A stretch of 64,000 nucleotides of DNA from Escherichia coli (lineage in GTDB: Bacteria > Pseudomonadota > Gammaproteobacteria > Enterobacterales > Enterobacteriaceae). A model generated the notes under the pieces. That model saw nothing but the letters and a program-made list of their open reading frames with translations, had not been told where the DNA came from and searched no databases. Below are positions 41,142-50,309 of this stretch, piece after piece (positions within the stretch are counted from its first letter, which is position 1; each line of letters opens with the position of its first letter). A program made the position numbers and the translations under genes. The stretch lies in NCBI RefSeq assembly GCF_011045215.1, contig NZ_CP049201.1; one strand, given 5' to 3'.

Positions 41142-43664
41142 TTATGCCGGTAACTCCGGGGGTAATGCTTCTTCCAGCCGGTTAACCATATTGCCGAGAT
41201 GGGATGCATCATATTCCATGACGGGGCGTTGCCTGATGATACTGACCACCAGTGGTTTGATTAACATATTGGTCGCGGCCCGTTGTTGTATACCGGCGGC
41301 GAAAATGATCTCCAGAGCATTCTGATCGATAACACGGGCCAGATTCGCGTTCAGATTTTCTGTTTCATGTCCGGTCAGCAGGAAACTGCCGGCAAGCCAT
41401 GTCACCTGTTCCTGAATCATTGCCAGAATTTTGACGCGATCTTCTTCAACCAGCGCTCCGGCAATTTTTCCTGATACAGCGGAGGCAATCATTCCCCCCA
41501 GAACACCGCCAACCACACGCCCTGTCAGTGCACCAAATGGTCCCAGTGGACTGAACAGTATCCCGCCCGCCACTGACCCGACAGCTCCACCTGCCACACC
41601 GGAAGATGCCACGGCAAGATTCCTGATGAACTGCGTACCGGAGATCCGTCCCCGCAACATTTTGATCATGTCAGGGCCGGTTGTGACAGCTACCAGTGCC
41701 AGAGATGTCACCAGCGTACCCTTCATCACTTTGTTCAGGGCACTGATATTTCCTGCACCGGTCCCCTTCTGAAGAGCCAGTCGGACAGTCGGGCTGGCAG
41801 TCGAAAAATCAATGTGCTTCAGCATACCCTGAACAACACTGAGCCGGTGGAGTTGCTGGGTTGTGACGTAGACAGCCAGTGTGCGGGTGAAGGTTTTTCC
41901 TGCCTGGACAGCAGCTGTCTGCAGAGCAGCATCGCGATCGCCGGTGCTGAGCCAGAAGACCGATGCCGTCAGGGCAAAACTGATCCCTCCGGCCGCCAGA
42001 CTGACAACCGAACCCTCGGCAATATCATAAGTGACCGATTCGATGGTCCCGAACCGGGTGATATTACGGGCCTGAGTATAAGTCAGATGTCCCCGACGAA
42101 TCAGCCGGGACGCTTCTGCGGGATCGATTACACCGGGTACTTTACCTTCGCGGATCTTATTCCTCATGGTTTCAACAGCGCCGGCATACTGATCACGGGG
42201 GACTTCCAGTTGCATGGGGCCATTATTTCCCATGTAACGATACTGTCCGTTTTGTCCGTCGAATGCCGCACCGACGCTACGGGCTGCAGTTGAACAATAT
42301 TTCGTCTGGATTTCTGTTCCGCTGACCAGTCTGTCTGCTCCATTTCTGGCATTATTATCACCGAGGATCCGTGCGTTTTTCAGACGGATTCTGTCGACAA
42401 TATGGTTTCCCCGTTCAGCGGCAAACCCATGTCCCTGCCCTCCGGAAGCAAACATTTTCTCATTTGTACTCCAGGTTTCCGGCAGTTTCATGAGAATCAG
42501 ACCATTCGCCGTTGCATCGGAAATAAAACTGTTGTAGGGGCGTTCATAAATTTCCTGACACAGTGTTTCTGTTTCGCGACAAAGAGAGGAGCAGTACCAT
42601 TCCGGATCCGGCTTATGATTTTCCGGGGCATGATGTACTTCTGTCAGCCCGCAGGAGGCACAGACACGAAGCTCATCCACGTGATGGAATGATACAAAAC
42701 GGCGACCTTCTGAAAAGGGATACCAGTCACCGCCGTCCAGGCAACGATCGAGAAAATCGTCATTCGCTTCCGGTGATAAATTCAGGCGGTTCCGGAAGAG
42801 TGTTTTCAGTTCATCAGGTGTGAATGACAGGTTCTCTTTCAACTGTTCGTTAAACCCTGCCATGTTTCTTTCATACCAGGCATTGTTCAGTAACCAGTTT
42901 CCGTCTGCCAGTTCAAATTCCCTCAGCTCTCCCCGGGAAATCCGTTGAGAAATAAGCGTCAGCCAGATGCGCTCCGTCAGTGAGTCAGGAAGGCTGTAAT
43001 CGTTTTGCAAACTGGTCAGCCACGATTTACTGTTGAGCACCGGTTGTTCTTCCAGTGTCTGGCTGATGGCACAGGTCAGTTTTTTCAGCGCCTGGATTTG
43101 GCTGGCCGCCCATAGCAGCGTCACTAATGCAGCCAGCCAGTACAACAACCCGCCCCACCACATCAGTGACGGTGAAATATCGTACTGTAACGCGATCAAT
43201 GGTGCGCATGCAGAACAAGCCATAAGGAAAAAGGCAGTATAAAAACAGCAGTAATATCCGTTAATTTCCTTGCTGATATCTTCTGGTGTGATCCCGTTCT
43301 GCTGAATGTTTTTGATCTGCAGGGGAACAGCCAGCAGACCACCGGCGAGAGCGGTGGTCAGAATAAATTTCACGGAGTCAAAGGTGTGAGACTCCAGCGC
43401 AATATGTTTACCATCAAGTCCCCACATGAAGCTGATGATCATTCCGGCAATCGTCAGAAATACGCCTGCCAGCCAGCGAATATGGAACAACCGGGTTATG
43501 CGTTCGGTGATATAGCCAGCCAGTAAGGCCGGGCCGAACAGACACAGCAATATGAGCCCTGCCAGCGCAGAAGCCGTGCTGATTAATGCTCTGAACAAAA
43601 GGCGAAGAATGGCAAATCCTGCGATCAGCAGGATCAGCGCGCCGACTATCTGTAACATAGTCAC
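41142..43664 (-). CDS. Large YeeR-like inner membrane protein
   Basis: 840 aa. It has N-terminal TM helices, a CxxC...CxxxC cysteine cluster and a glycine-zipper-rich C-terminal hydrophobic region. Its position after ag43 matches yeeR in CP4-44. Confidence 0.8.
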   Translation of the reverse strand: MTMLQIVGALILLIAGFAILRLLFRALISTASALAGLILLCLFGPALLAGYITERITRLFHIRWLAGVFLTIAGMIISFMWGLDGKHIALESHTFDSVKFILTTALAGGLLAVPLQIKNIQQNGITPEDISKEINGYYCCFYTAFFLMACSACAPLIALQYDISPSLMWWGGLLYWLAALVTLLWAASQIQALKKLTCAISQTLEEQPVLNSKSWLTSLQNDYSLPDSLTERIWLTLISQRISRGELREFELADGNWLLNNAWYERNMAGFNEQLKENLSFTPDELKTLFRNRLNLSPEANDDFLDRCLDGGDWYPFSEGRRFVSFHHVDELRVCASCGLTEVHHAPENHKPDPEWYCSSLCRETETLCQEIYERPYNSFISDATANGLILMKLPETWSTNEKMFASGGQGHGFAAERGNHIVDRIRLKNARILGDNNARNGADRLVSGTEIQTKYCSTAARSVGAAFDGQNGQYRYMGNNGPMQLEVPRDQYAGAVETMRNKIREGKVPGVIDPAEASRLIRRGHLTYTQARNITRFGTIESVTYDIAEGSVVSLAAGGISFALTASVFWLSTGDRDAALQTAAVQAGKTFTRTLAVYVTTQQLHRLSVVQGMLKHIDFSTASPTVRLALQKGTGAGNISALNKVMKGTLVTSLALVAVTTGPDMIKMLRGRISGTQFIRNLAVASSGVAGGAVGSVAGGILFSPLGPFGALTGRVVGGVLGGMIASAVSGKIAGALVEEDRVKILAMIQEQVTWLAGSFLLTGHETENLNANLARVIDQNALEIIFAAGIQQRAATNMLIKPLVVSIIRQRPVMEYDASHLGNMVNRLEEALPPELPA

Positions 43665-43778
43665 TCCGTGATGAATATCATGTTATTGTTAATGCCAGCG
43701 AATGTGGCGTTGAATATCCGTTGCGCCGGTCCGGGTCCCGATCATGATGACCGGGACCACAGAGAGGCGATGGTTCTG

Positions 43779-46628
43779 TCAGAAGGTCACATTCAGCGTG
43801 GCCTGACCGTTATAGCCTTCGGCGCTGTTGCCGCTGACACTGTGGGCATAACCGGCCTGAACGCCCAGGGTGATATTTTCCCGGACACGGGCTTCCAGTC
43901 CGGCCTGCAGGTCCAGTGACGTGCCATTCCGGGACGGTGAAAACGTCATGTTACTGCCGGCGGCGGCTGTACCCATGCTCATGTCACCCCGGGAGCTGAA
44001 AGTGCGGATAACAGAAGGCTGTACCCACCAGTTCACCGGCAGTTCACTCACACGGTGTTTTGCACTGTCGCGCAGAGTGTCACGGGATGAGGTGCCTTCG
44101 CCAAAAGTCATATCGTTGTGGCTGCCCAGACGGAAGCCGGCACGCACATGTTGTGCACTGCCATGCCCGAACTTCACATAACCGGCGTTATCCTGGCCGT
44201 CATCCAGGGAGAGCCCCTGCCAGGTGTACTGCAGTTGTGGCTCCAGCATCAGGTTGTCAGTGATACTGAAGGGCAGACCGGTTTCCAGTGAGCCCAGCCA
44301 GCCCCAGCCCCGGGCGCGGAAGTCGTTATTGTCCGATGACGCTTTCATGCTGTGGCGGGTTCCCTGGGCCACAATGTCAGCCCACAGGCCGGAGGACGTG
44401 TGTACCAGATTCAGGTATCCGCCCAGGCTGCCGGCATCATCCCGGACCGTGCCGGCACGGGAGCCGTCATCATCCTTAACATCAACGGAAGAATGGCCAG
44501 CAGCACCATACACTCCTGTCGTCAGTGACATACCGGCAACCTCTGTTCTCAGCAGGTCACCCTCCAGACGGACGAGGCCATAGCTGCCGCTGCTTTCCGG
44601 CGTGGCCCCACGGGCAATACCACCGTTGTTATCGTGCCCGAGATGACCGCCCTGAATGCTGAGACGGACGCTGTTATTTTCACCGCTTACACCGGTCTGA
44701 TGGCTGCGGGAACCTGCCAGAATCCGGTCATAGTCCATTGCCTGTGTCAGCATGGAGGCATACAGGGGGACTTCAGCACGATAAGCATTTTCACTGCGCA
44801 GGTACCAGTCTTCATCGCTGTCACGGTTCAGGGTGTAGTTAAAGGCGCCGGCCTGAAGCGGGCGACTCAGGGCAAACGCACCTTCTTCTGTGGTAGCACC
44901 ATTCTGTGCATCCACAACCCGGATACCCTGTCCGGAGGTTGCCACCCCGAGGTTACTGTTTCCGACATTTGTAAACGCAAGCCAGGTTTTGCCGGTTGCC
45001 TGACCACCATTAATCACCAGCTGGTCAGAGGCATTACTGCCATCAAGGCTGACACGCATATTGATGGTGCCGCCCTGGCCGGTGAGGTTCGTGGTGGTTA
45101 GTTTATGGAACGTTACCGGGGAGTTACTTTTTGCAACAGCACGGCTCAGCGCGGCATCCGGTGTCGTCTGATTATCAAAGTGAATCTCTCCTGCGTTAAT
45201 AATATCGCCGGTACTGACCACATCACCATTCAGTACCATACTGGCGCCTTTACTGAGCTGTGTTCTGCCACTCAGACTTCCCCCGGCAGCCAGCGTCAGT
45301 GTTCCACGATGTCCGACAGTGGTGTTGCTGGCCAGTCCTCCGGCATTAACCGTAAAGCTGCCGCCATTTTCCAGCAGCAGGCCGCTGGCCTGACCGGATA
45401 TGCCATCAATACTGAACTTACCGCTGGCATTGGTCCCCTCAACAGTGGCACCACTGTCTGCAATCAGGGCACCACCGGATGTCATGGTGACATCTGTTGC
45501 CTTACCACCGGCAGACACTGCCAGGGTACCGCCGTCATCCACCAGTGTTTTCCAGGCTGAATGGCCCTCCAGTACATCCAGGCGACCGCCGGACTCCAGA
45601 ACAACGCCGTCAGCCTTACCGTTTTCCACTGTGAAATTCCCCAGGCGGTTTGTGCCGGTGACAGTTGCAGCAGTACTGGTAACCAGTGCACCGCCCGTGT
45701 TCTGGGTGACTGCAGTGGCTTCCCCGCCGGCATGTACCCTCAGTTCACCGTTCTGATTTATGGTGGTGTTACCGGCAGCGCCACCGGCCTTAACAACCTG
45801 CCAGCCCCCCTCGTTAATTACCGTGTTCAGCGCCAGTCCGTCCTTGTGCACATACTGGTAACCGCCATTCAGTGTGGTATTCAGGGCCCTTCCGTGTACC
45901 GACTGGTCACCACCTGCGTAAATGAGAGTGTCACGGGCTATCCCGGAAGATAAGATAATCTGCCGTCCATTTTTGTTGATGGTGGTGGATTCTGCTGTTC
46001 CCTGGACCTTCTGACCCGTGTACGAGTTGTCAGAATCCGGGCCGCCTTCTGCGCCGGTGTTGATGATGGTTCCTGTTGCCAGCCCGCCACTTTTAACGCT
46101 CTGGTAACCGTCGCGGTTGATAATTGTACCGGTGGCAACCCCGCCCTCATGAACCCACTGCTCGCCTCTGTTATTCAGCGTGGTGTTCACCGCCAGCCCG
46201 TTCAGGCTCTGTCCCCCGCCGTCACGAATAACCGTATCACTGGCTGTTCCCCCCTCCAGCACGACCTGACGACCATTTGTGGTGACAGTGGTGTTTCCGG
46301 CTATCCCGCCATTCTGTATCCATTGCCCACCGGTGTTTTCTTCACTGTCCGGCCCCAGTTCCAGCCCGGTACTGATGGTCATTCCGTTGGCCGTACCGAG
46401 GACAATCTGGTTGTCATGATTTGTCAGTGTTCCGCCGCTCATGGTTTCTCCCGCCTGTACAACCGTGTCAGCAGCCAGTGCCGGGACTGACGTGACAGCA
46501 GCAAGAGACAGCGCAACCGCCACACCGGTGCGTTTTCCCCGTGAGCGGGCCAGTTCGGAGGCCACCACCAGGGTGCCCGTAATGTGATTCCATACCAGCC
46601 TGTAGCTGGTGTTCAGATGTCGTTTCAT
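43779..46628 (-). CDS. flu: Antigen 43 / Cah-type self-associating autotransporter adhesin
   Basis: 949 aa from MKRHLNTSYRLVWNHITGTLVVASELARSRGKR (extended signal peptide). It has a repetitive beta-helix passenger and a C-terminal barrel ending ...ATLNVTF. Confidence 0.93.
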   Translation of the reverse strand: MKRHLNTSYRLVWNHITGTLVVASELARSRGKRTGVAVALSLAAVTSVPALAADTVVQAGETMSGGTLTNHDNQIVLGTANGMTISTGLELGPDSEENTGGQWIQNGGIAGNTTVTTNGRQVVLEGGTASDTVIRDGGGQSLNGLAVNTTLNNRGEQWVHEGGVATGTIINRDGYQSVKSGGLATGTIINTGAEGGPDSDNSYTGQKVQGTAESTTINKNGRQIILSSGIARDTLIYAGGDQSVHGRALNTTLNGGYQYVHKDGLALNTVINEGGWQVVKAGGAAGNTTINQNGELRVHAGGEATAVTQNTGGALVTSTAATVTGTNRLGNFTVENGKADGVVLESGGRLDVLEGHSAWKTLVDDGGTLAVSAGGKATDVTMTSGGALIADSGATVEGTNASGKFSIDGISGQASGLLLENGGSFTVNAGGLASNTTVGHRGTLTLAAGGSLSGRTQLSKGASMVLNGDVVSTGDIINAGEIHFDNQTTPDAALSRAVAKSNSPVTFHKLTTTNLTGQGGTINMRVSLDGSNASDQLVINGGQATGKTWLAFTNVGNSNLGVATSGQGIRVVDAQNGATTEEGAFALSRPLQAGAFNYTLNRDSDEDWYLRSENAYRAEVPLYASMLTQAMDYDRILAGSRSHQTGVSGENNSVRLSIQGGHLGHDNNGGIARGATPESSGSYGLVRLEGDLLRTEVAGMSLTTGVYGAAGHSSVDVKDDDGSRAGTVRDDAGSLGGYLNLVHTSSGLWADIVAQGTRHSMKASSDNNDFRARGWGWLGSLETGLPFSITDNLMLEPQLQYTWQGLSLDDGQDNAGYVKFGHGSAQHVRAGFRLGSHNDMTFGEGTSSRDTLRDSAKHRVSELPVNWWVQPSVIRTFSSRGDMSMGTAAAGSNMTFSPSRNGTSLDLQAGLEARVRENITLGVQAGYAHSVSGNSAEGYNGQATLNVTF

Positions 46629-46845
46629 CAGCTTTTCCTTACAGAGGGTGAATAAAAAAGCCGGTACCCACAAATGTGGATACCGGCAGGTACAAAACAG
46701 CATGGTCAGATAAAGTGGTTTTTCCCGGACATAAATGCTTCCCCTCTCTCATCCGCCAGAGAAGTATCAGTCCGTTGTGTGCAATTCCGTTCTGCATGAT
46801 GAAGAGATTCAGCTGCCTTTTCGCAGGCCATTAACCACTACAAAC

Positions 46846-46881
46846 GATCGATACTAACGATCGATACCTGTTTTATCGATC
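46846..46881. promoter_or_regulatory. Dam/OxyR phase-variation switch of ag43 (three GATC sites)
   Basis: GATC at 46846, 46859 and 46878, embedded in CGATCGAT repeats about 220-250 bp upstream of the ATG. This matches the known agn43 switch layout. Confidence 0.8.
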
Positions 46882-46999
46882 GTTTTATTCTATTGATAGC
46901 AGGGCAGTCACGCAAGAGAAACAGGAGGGTATGAGGGGTTTGTATCATGTTTTCAGTTGGTTAACGCAATGTAATCAGGCATTTCCCCTGGCAGAGTGT

Positions 47000-47872
47000 T
47001 CAGAAGAAAATCCAGTTCCATACCGCACGGGCAACAGAGACCACCGTGTCACGAACAGCGCGCAGGGCCGTACGGACAACAGAGGCAACACAGACGCTCT
47101 CCGCTGTGTCAAATATCCGGTCCACCGCACCGGTAAACTGTTCACGGGCCTGAGAGCGGACAGATTCCGTGCGCAGCTCGTCCTGCAGTCGGGTCATCAG
47201 GGGACTGGCGGCATGGTCGGGAAGCGCTGTCATGAGCGCACTGACCAGCGTATCCAGTTCCCAGCCGGTGCGGGCCGATACGGCCACAACCGGATGTGCG
47301 GGCCGGAACAGACGGAATACCGCCTCCGTTTTTTCGCGAATGTTCCGTGCCTGTGCGGGAGAGGGCTGAATGCCGGCCATATCCCATTCATGGCAGGGCT
47401 CCGTTTTGTCGGCCTGCGTCACCACAAACAGCACCTGCTGATGTCCCCGGTGCAGGATGTGTCGCCAGAAATACTCATCCACAGACAAGGCACGGTCATC
47501 GGCTTTAATCAGCCACAGTACCAGGTCCAGTTCAGGCAGAATGTCACGGTACAGGGCTTCATACTCTGCATCCCTGTCCCGACTCTCGCCCACCCCGGGC
47601 AGGTCAGTAATAACCATGCTGTGACCGTGGCCACTCAGACGGAAGCGCCGCACTTCCCGGGTGCCGGCGTGAACATCACTGACCGGTGTGACCTCTCCCT
47701 GAAACAGGGCATTACAGAGTGAGGATTTACCGGCCCCGCTTTTCCCCATAATGCCAATCACGGGTTCGTGACTGGTGAGTTTGCGCAGATGTTCCAGGAT
47801 GTGACGGGAAAGTGAGTAAGGCAGGGAGGAGAGCGGTTTTTCAATTGCCTCAATGGCATCAGACGGATTCAT
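47000..47872 (-). CDS. YeeP/YkfA/YfjP-family GTPase
   Basis: 290 aa from the internal Met MNPSDAIEAIEK. Walker A GIMGKSGAGKSS, DLPGVGE and TQADK motifs. Confidence 0.85.
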   Translation of the reverse strand: MNPSDAIEAIEKPLSSLPYSLSRHILEHLRKLTSHEPVIGIMGKSGAGKSSLCNALFQGEVTPVSDVHAGTREVRRFRLSGHGHSMVITDLPGVGESRDRDAEYEALYRDILPELDLVLWLIKADDRALSVDEYFWRHILHRGHQQVLFVVTQADKTEPCHEWDMAGIQPSPAQARNIREKTEAVFRLFRPAHPVVAVSARTGWELDTLVSALMTALPDHAASPLMTRLQDELRTESVRSQAREQFTGAVDRIFDTAESVCVASVVRTALRAVRDTVVSVARAVWNWIFF

Positions 47873-48087
47873 ACATGTATTCCCGGTGAAAAAAGACAAA
47901 ACCCCGCGCACCGGAAAAGTGGCGGGGGACTCACGGAGATAATATCTGCCTAAAATTATTTGGAATGCAGGTATATGCAGCTAATTTGTATCGGCTCATT
48001 AGTACAGAACTAAACCTCATCTGACAGTCCGCTCTGTGCCAAGAGCGGACTTTGCAAAATGGGGGTTATTTCAATCAAAACGTAACG

Positions 48088-49032
48088 TCACAACCAGCCG
48101 ACGCTCTCTCGCCATTTATAATTAGTAACTTTATCATTTTCGCTTATTTTTTTAGATATAGAGCGCGGCTCTCTTCCTAGATACTCAGATATTTCTATCG
48201 GGGACAAATCAAAATCGACAAGCATGACTCTAAGTTTTTCCATTTCCTTTAAAGTCCAAGGCTTGCCATAATTTTCATAAAGAGATACCTTATGCTCCCT
48301 GATAGTTCGCTTTCTCTGAGTTTCACTTTCCCTCTGAAAAATCTCGCTTTTAAATTGTGAACGGAACTCTTTACAGAAGTTGTTATCAGTTTTTTTGTTA
48401 TATAGATTGCTAAAAATAAGCTGGGATGCCGGGTCTAAATCAGGTGTGTTAATAATGAAAACTTTGACCTTTTCCATATAGGGATATTCAATTTTACCCA
48501 ATATGCTTAATTGCTTTATATTAAAAAAACCTCTCAAATCAAAAGATTTAATGAGCTTTGATTGGATTACACTTTCAATCCTGCTTGCATTTGAATAACA
48601 GTACTTTGCCATTGGAAGGGCCCATACTACCAGTTGAGGAATATATTTTTCTAATGCAATGCTCTGCCAATCAGTATCAAAGGTTTGGCTTTTTGCTAGC
48701 ATGTTTTTCGGCAAATCAGAATACATTGTGGTAGATGCCCATATCTTATAATCATTCGCCAAGGCTTGATAGTATTTTGTGTGGTTATGAATTTTATAAG
48801 CTGACATGAAGCGATAAACGTCTTCGTCGTGACCAGCGTCGTAAATTGTTCGATTTCCTCTAAGATAACCGTCGTAATGTTCGGTTATCCTTCTACCTAC
48901 ATTACAACTTACCCCAACGTAAACCACACGACTGAAAAGTCCTTTATGGACAATAAGATAAACTCCGCTACAGCCAGATTTCCTGGCCTCTGATAGAGAA
49001 CCTAAAAATCTCCATTCCATAATTAAATCCAT
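48088..49032 (-). CDS. Orphan GIY-YIG-like nuclease domain protein with a C-terminal Myb/SANT-like HTH
   Basis: 314 aa. N-terminal GVYLIVHKGLFSRVVYVGVSCNVGRRITEHY fits GIY-(10)-YxG...R..EH. Later RIESVIQ/FFN are candidate Glu/Asn. C-terminal KPWTLKEMEKLRVMLVDFDLSPIEISEYLGREPRSISKKI. The gene is markedly AT-rich. Confidence 0.7.
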   Translation of the reverse strand: MDLIMEWRFLGSLSEARKSGCSGVYLIVHKGLFSRVVYVGVSCNVGRRITEHYDGYLRGNRTIYDAGHDEDVYRFMSAYKIHNHTKYYQALANDYKIWASTTMYSDLPKNMLAKSQTFDTDWQSIALEKYIPQLVVWALPMAKYCYSNASRIESVIQSKLIKSFDLRGFFNIKQLSILGKIEYPYMEKVKVFIINTPDLDPASQLIFSNLYNKKTDNNFCKEFRSQFKSEIFQRESETQRKRTIREHKVSLYENYGKPWTLKEMEKLRVMLVDFDLSPIEISEYLGREPRSISKKISENDKVTNYKWRESVGWL

Positions 49033-49494
49033 AATTATTGCTACTGTTTTTGTTTATCATTATTTTCGTGAAACTTCAACAATTTTATCCAAAAGCTAAG
49101 GGCAAAGACTTATATAATTATACTTGTCATCGTTAGCGATTATATAGAGTAGTGGCGCTGACCTGCTCCCTGGTGATTCACACAGAATGCTGTTAGTAAT
49201 GTCCGTTCCTCGCTCAAAGCAGACCATTCGCTCAGTTAACGCATCAGTGTCGTGCTAAAAGTAGACGTGGTTAACAACAATGTGAGTTAATCAACGGAGA
49301 GCAGGTCAACTCTAACCTGTATCAAAAAAACAAATGTGTCACAAAGATGCCGCATGCCTTAATTTGAGTATAATTGAGACGGAAGTAGACGGTTTATGGC
49401 TAAATATTGTTGATATATAGCTATTTGAAGAGTTGTAGCGCAAGTGTATAGCCCAAACTAATAACGCTACGCCCCTTACCTTTGACGCGTCTTA

Positions 49495-49803
49495 TCAAAG
49501 AGCGGCGATGATGCACAGCCCGCACGAGGCAATATTCGCACAAGAATCAGGTTCAGAAATAACCTGATCTGGCATGGTGGGGAGAGTATCACTGAGCAGG
49601 CTTTCGGTAAAATGCGGCGGGATGAGGTCGGCGTGGGTTGCAGCAGTACAATGTCGCCCGCAGAGGGTAAGCCACAGCGCGGGATCCTCGGTTTCTATCA
49701 GGGATTCGACGAAGTGGGCGCAGTTGTCGACCAAGGCGGTGAAATCCATAGTGACATTATAAGGAAACGAACAATAGATCGAGTAAATCGCAGTCAGGGA
49801 CAA
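49495..49803 (-). CDS. Hypothetical protein (doubtful ORF)
   Basis: 102-aa ORF with a TTG start, or 84 aa from MDFTALVDNCAHF. No recognisable SD or family. Confidence 0.25.
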   Translation of the reverse strand: MSLTAIYSIYCSFPYNVTMDFTALVDNCAHFVESLIETEDPALWLTLCGRHCTAATHADLIPPHFTESLLSDTLPTMPDQVISEPDSCANIASCGLCIIAAL

Positions 49804-49981
49804 GGATTGTAGTCATAGAGAAGTCTCCTGTAACGGTTTTCAGGAAGCTAATCCCGACGCCTGATTTTGCAGGCGCGGAAGGAGAAGATACTGCGGCCAT
49901 TAATCCGCCACAAGGCATTTACGTGCATAAATCGCGCAGTCAAATCCGACTCCCACTGTAGTTCTTGAACCTGATACCACA

Positions 49982-49999
49982 TTTAGCTAATTTAGCTAA
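49982..49999. promoter_or_regulatory. Tandem 9-bp repeat, each unit containing the palindrome TTAGCTAA (operator-like)
   Basis: TTTAGCTAA-TTTAGCTAA lies directly upstream of a TATTAT -10-like hexamer (50006-50011) and 26 bp before ATG 50025. Confidence 0.4.
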
Positions 50000-50024
50000 C
50001 TTATCTATTATACCAGTGGTTGCC

Positions 50025-50270
50025 ATGAATATGAATGAAGACGAGATTTATCGCCATATCCGGCAGGCACTTTCCAGTGCGCCTCGTAACCAGTACACCG
50101 TCGAGCTGCACCTGCAAATGATTAAATATGCCGACAAACTGGAACACATTACGGCAAAAGCCTTTTGCGAAGGCACTGGTCTGAACCAGAGCCTCGGTAC
50201 CGAATTCAGCAAAATGCGTAACTTAACCCATCGGTTAAAGGCCGCCGGTCTGAATACCGATCTGCTGTAA
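50025..50270 (+). CDS. Small protein preceding hsdM, possible HTH regulator
   Basis: 81 aa, MNMNEDEIYRHIRQALSSAPRNQYTVELHLQMIKYADKLEHITAKAFCEGTGLNQSLGTEFSKMRNL. The HTH call is a guess from the A-x3-G-like turn. Confidence 0.55.
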   Translation: MNMNEDEIYRHIRQALSSAPRNQYTVELHLQMIKYADKLEHITAKAFCEGTGLNQSLGTEFSKMRNLTHRLKAAGLNTDLL

Positions 50271-50309
50271 CCGACTTACGGCACATTATCGCGCAAAACG
50301 AGATATTTA

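Noticed and set aside
44060-46490. Series of 60-155-aa plus-strand ORFs inside the ag43 gene
   Set aside because: They are antisense shadows in a GC-rich, internally repetitive passenger-domain sequence. The minus strand encodes a complete autotransporter.
46931-47722. 263-aa plus-strand ORF
   Set aside because: It lies antisense to the YeeP-like GTPase, which has clear Walker A/G3/G4 motifs. The plus-strand translation is Arg/Gly-rich noise.
48016-48041. 10-bp-stem hairpin AGTCCGCTCT-gtgcca-AGAGCGGACT downstream of the GIY-YIG gene, considered as its terminator
   Set aside because: There is no U-run on either strand. It may still be a weak or Rho-assisted stop, but it cannot be supported as a terminator from sequence alone.
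49159-49308. 10-bp inverted repeat TGACCTGCTC / GAGCAGGTCA about 130 nt apart in the ORF-free gap, considered as the stem of a structured ncRNA (e.g. retron-like)
   Set aside because: A single 10-bp match in ~460 bp is close to chance expectation. There is no reverse transcriptase or other partner gene nearby, and no supporting secondary stems were found by eye.
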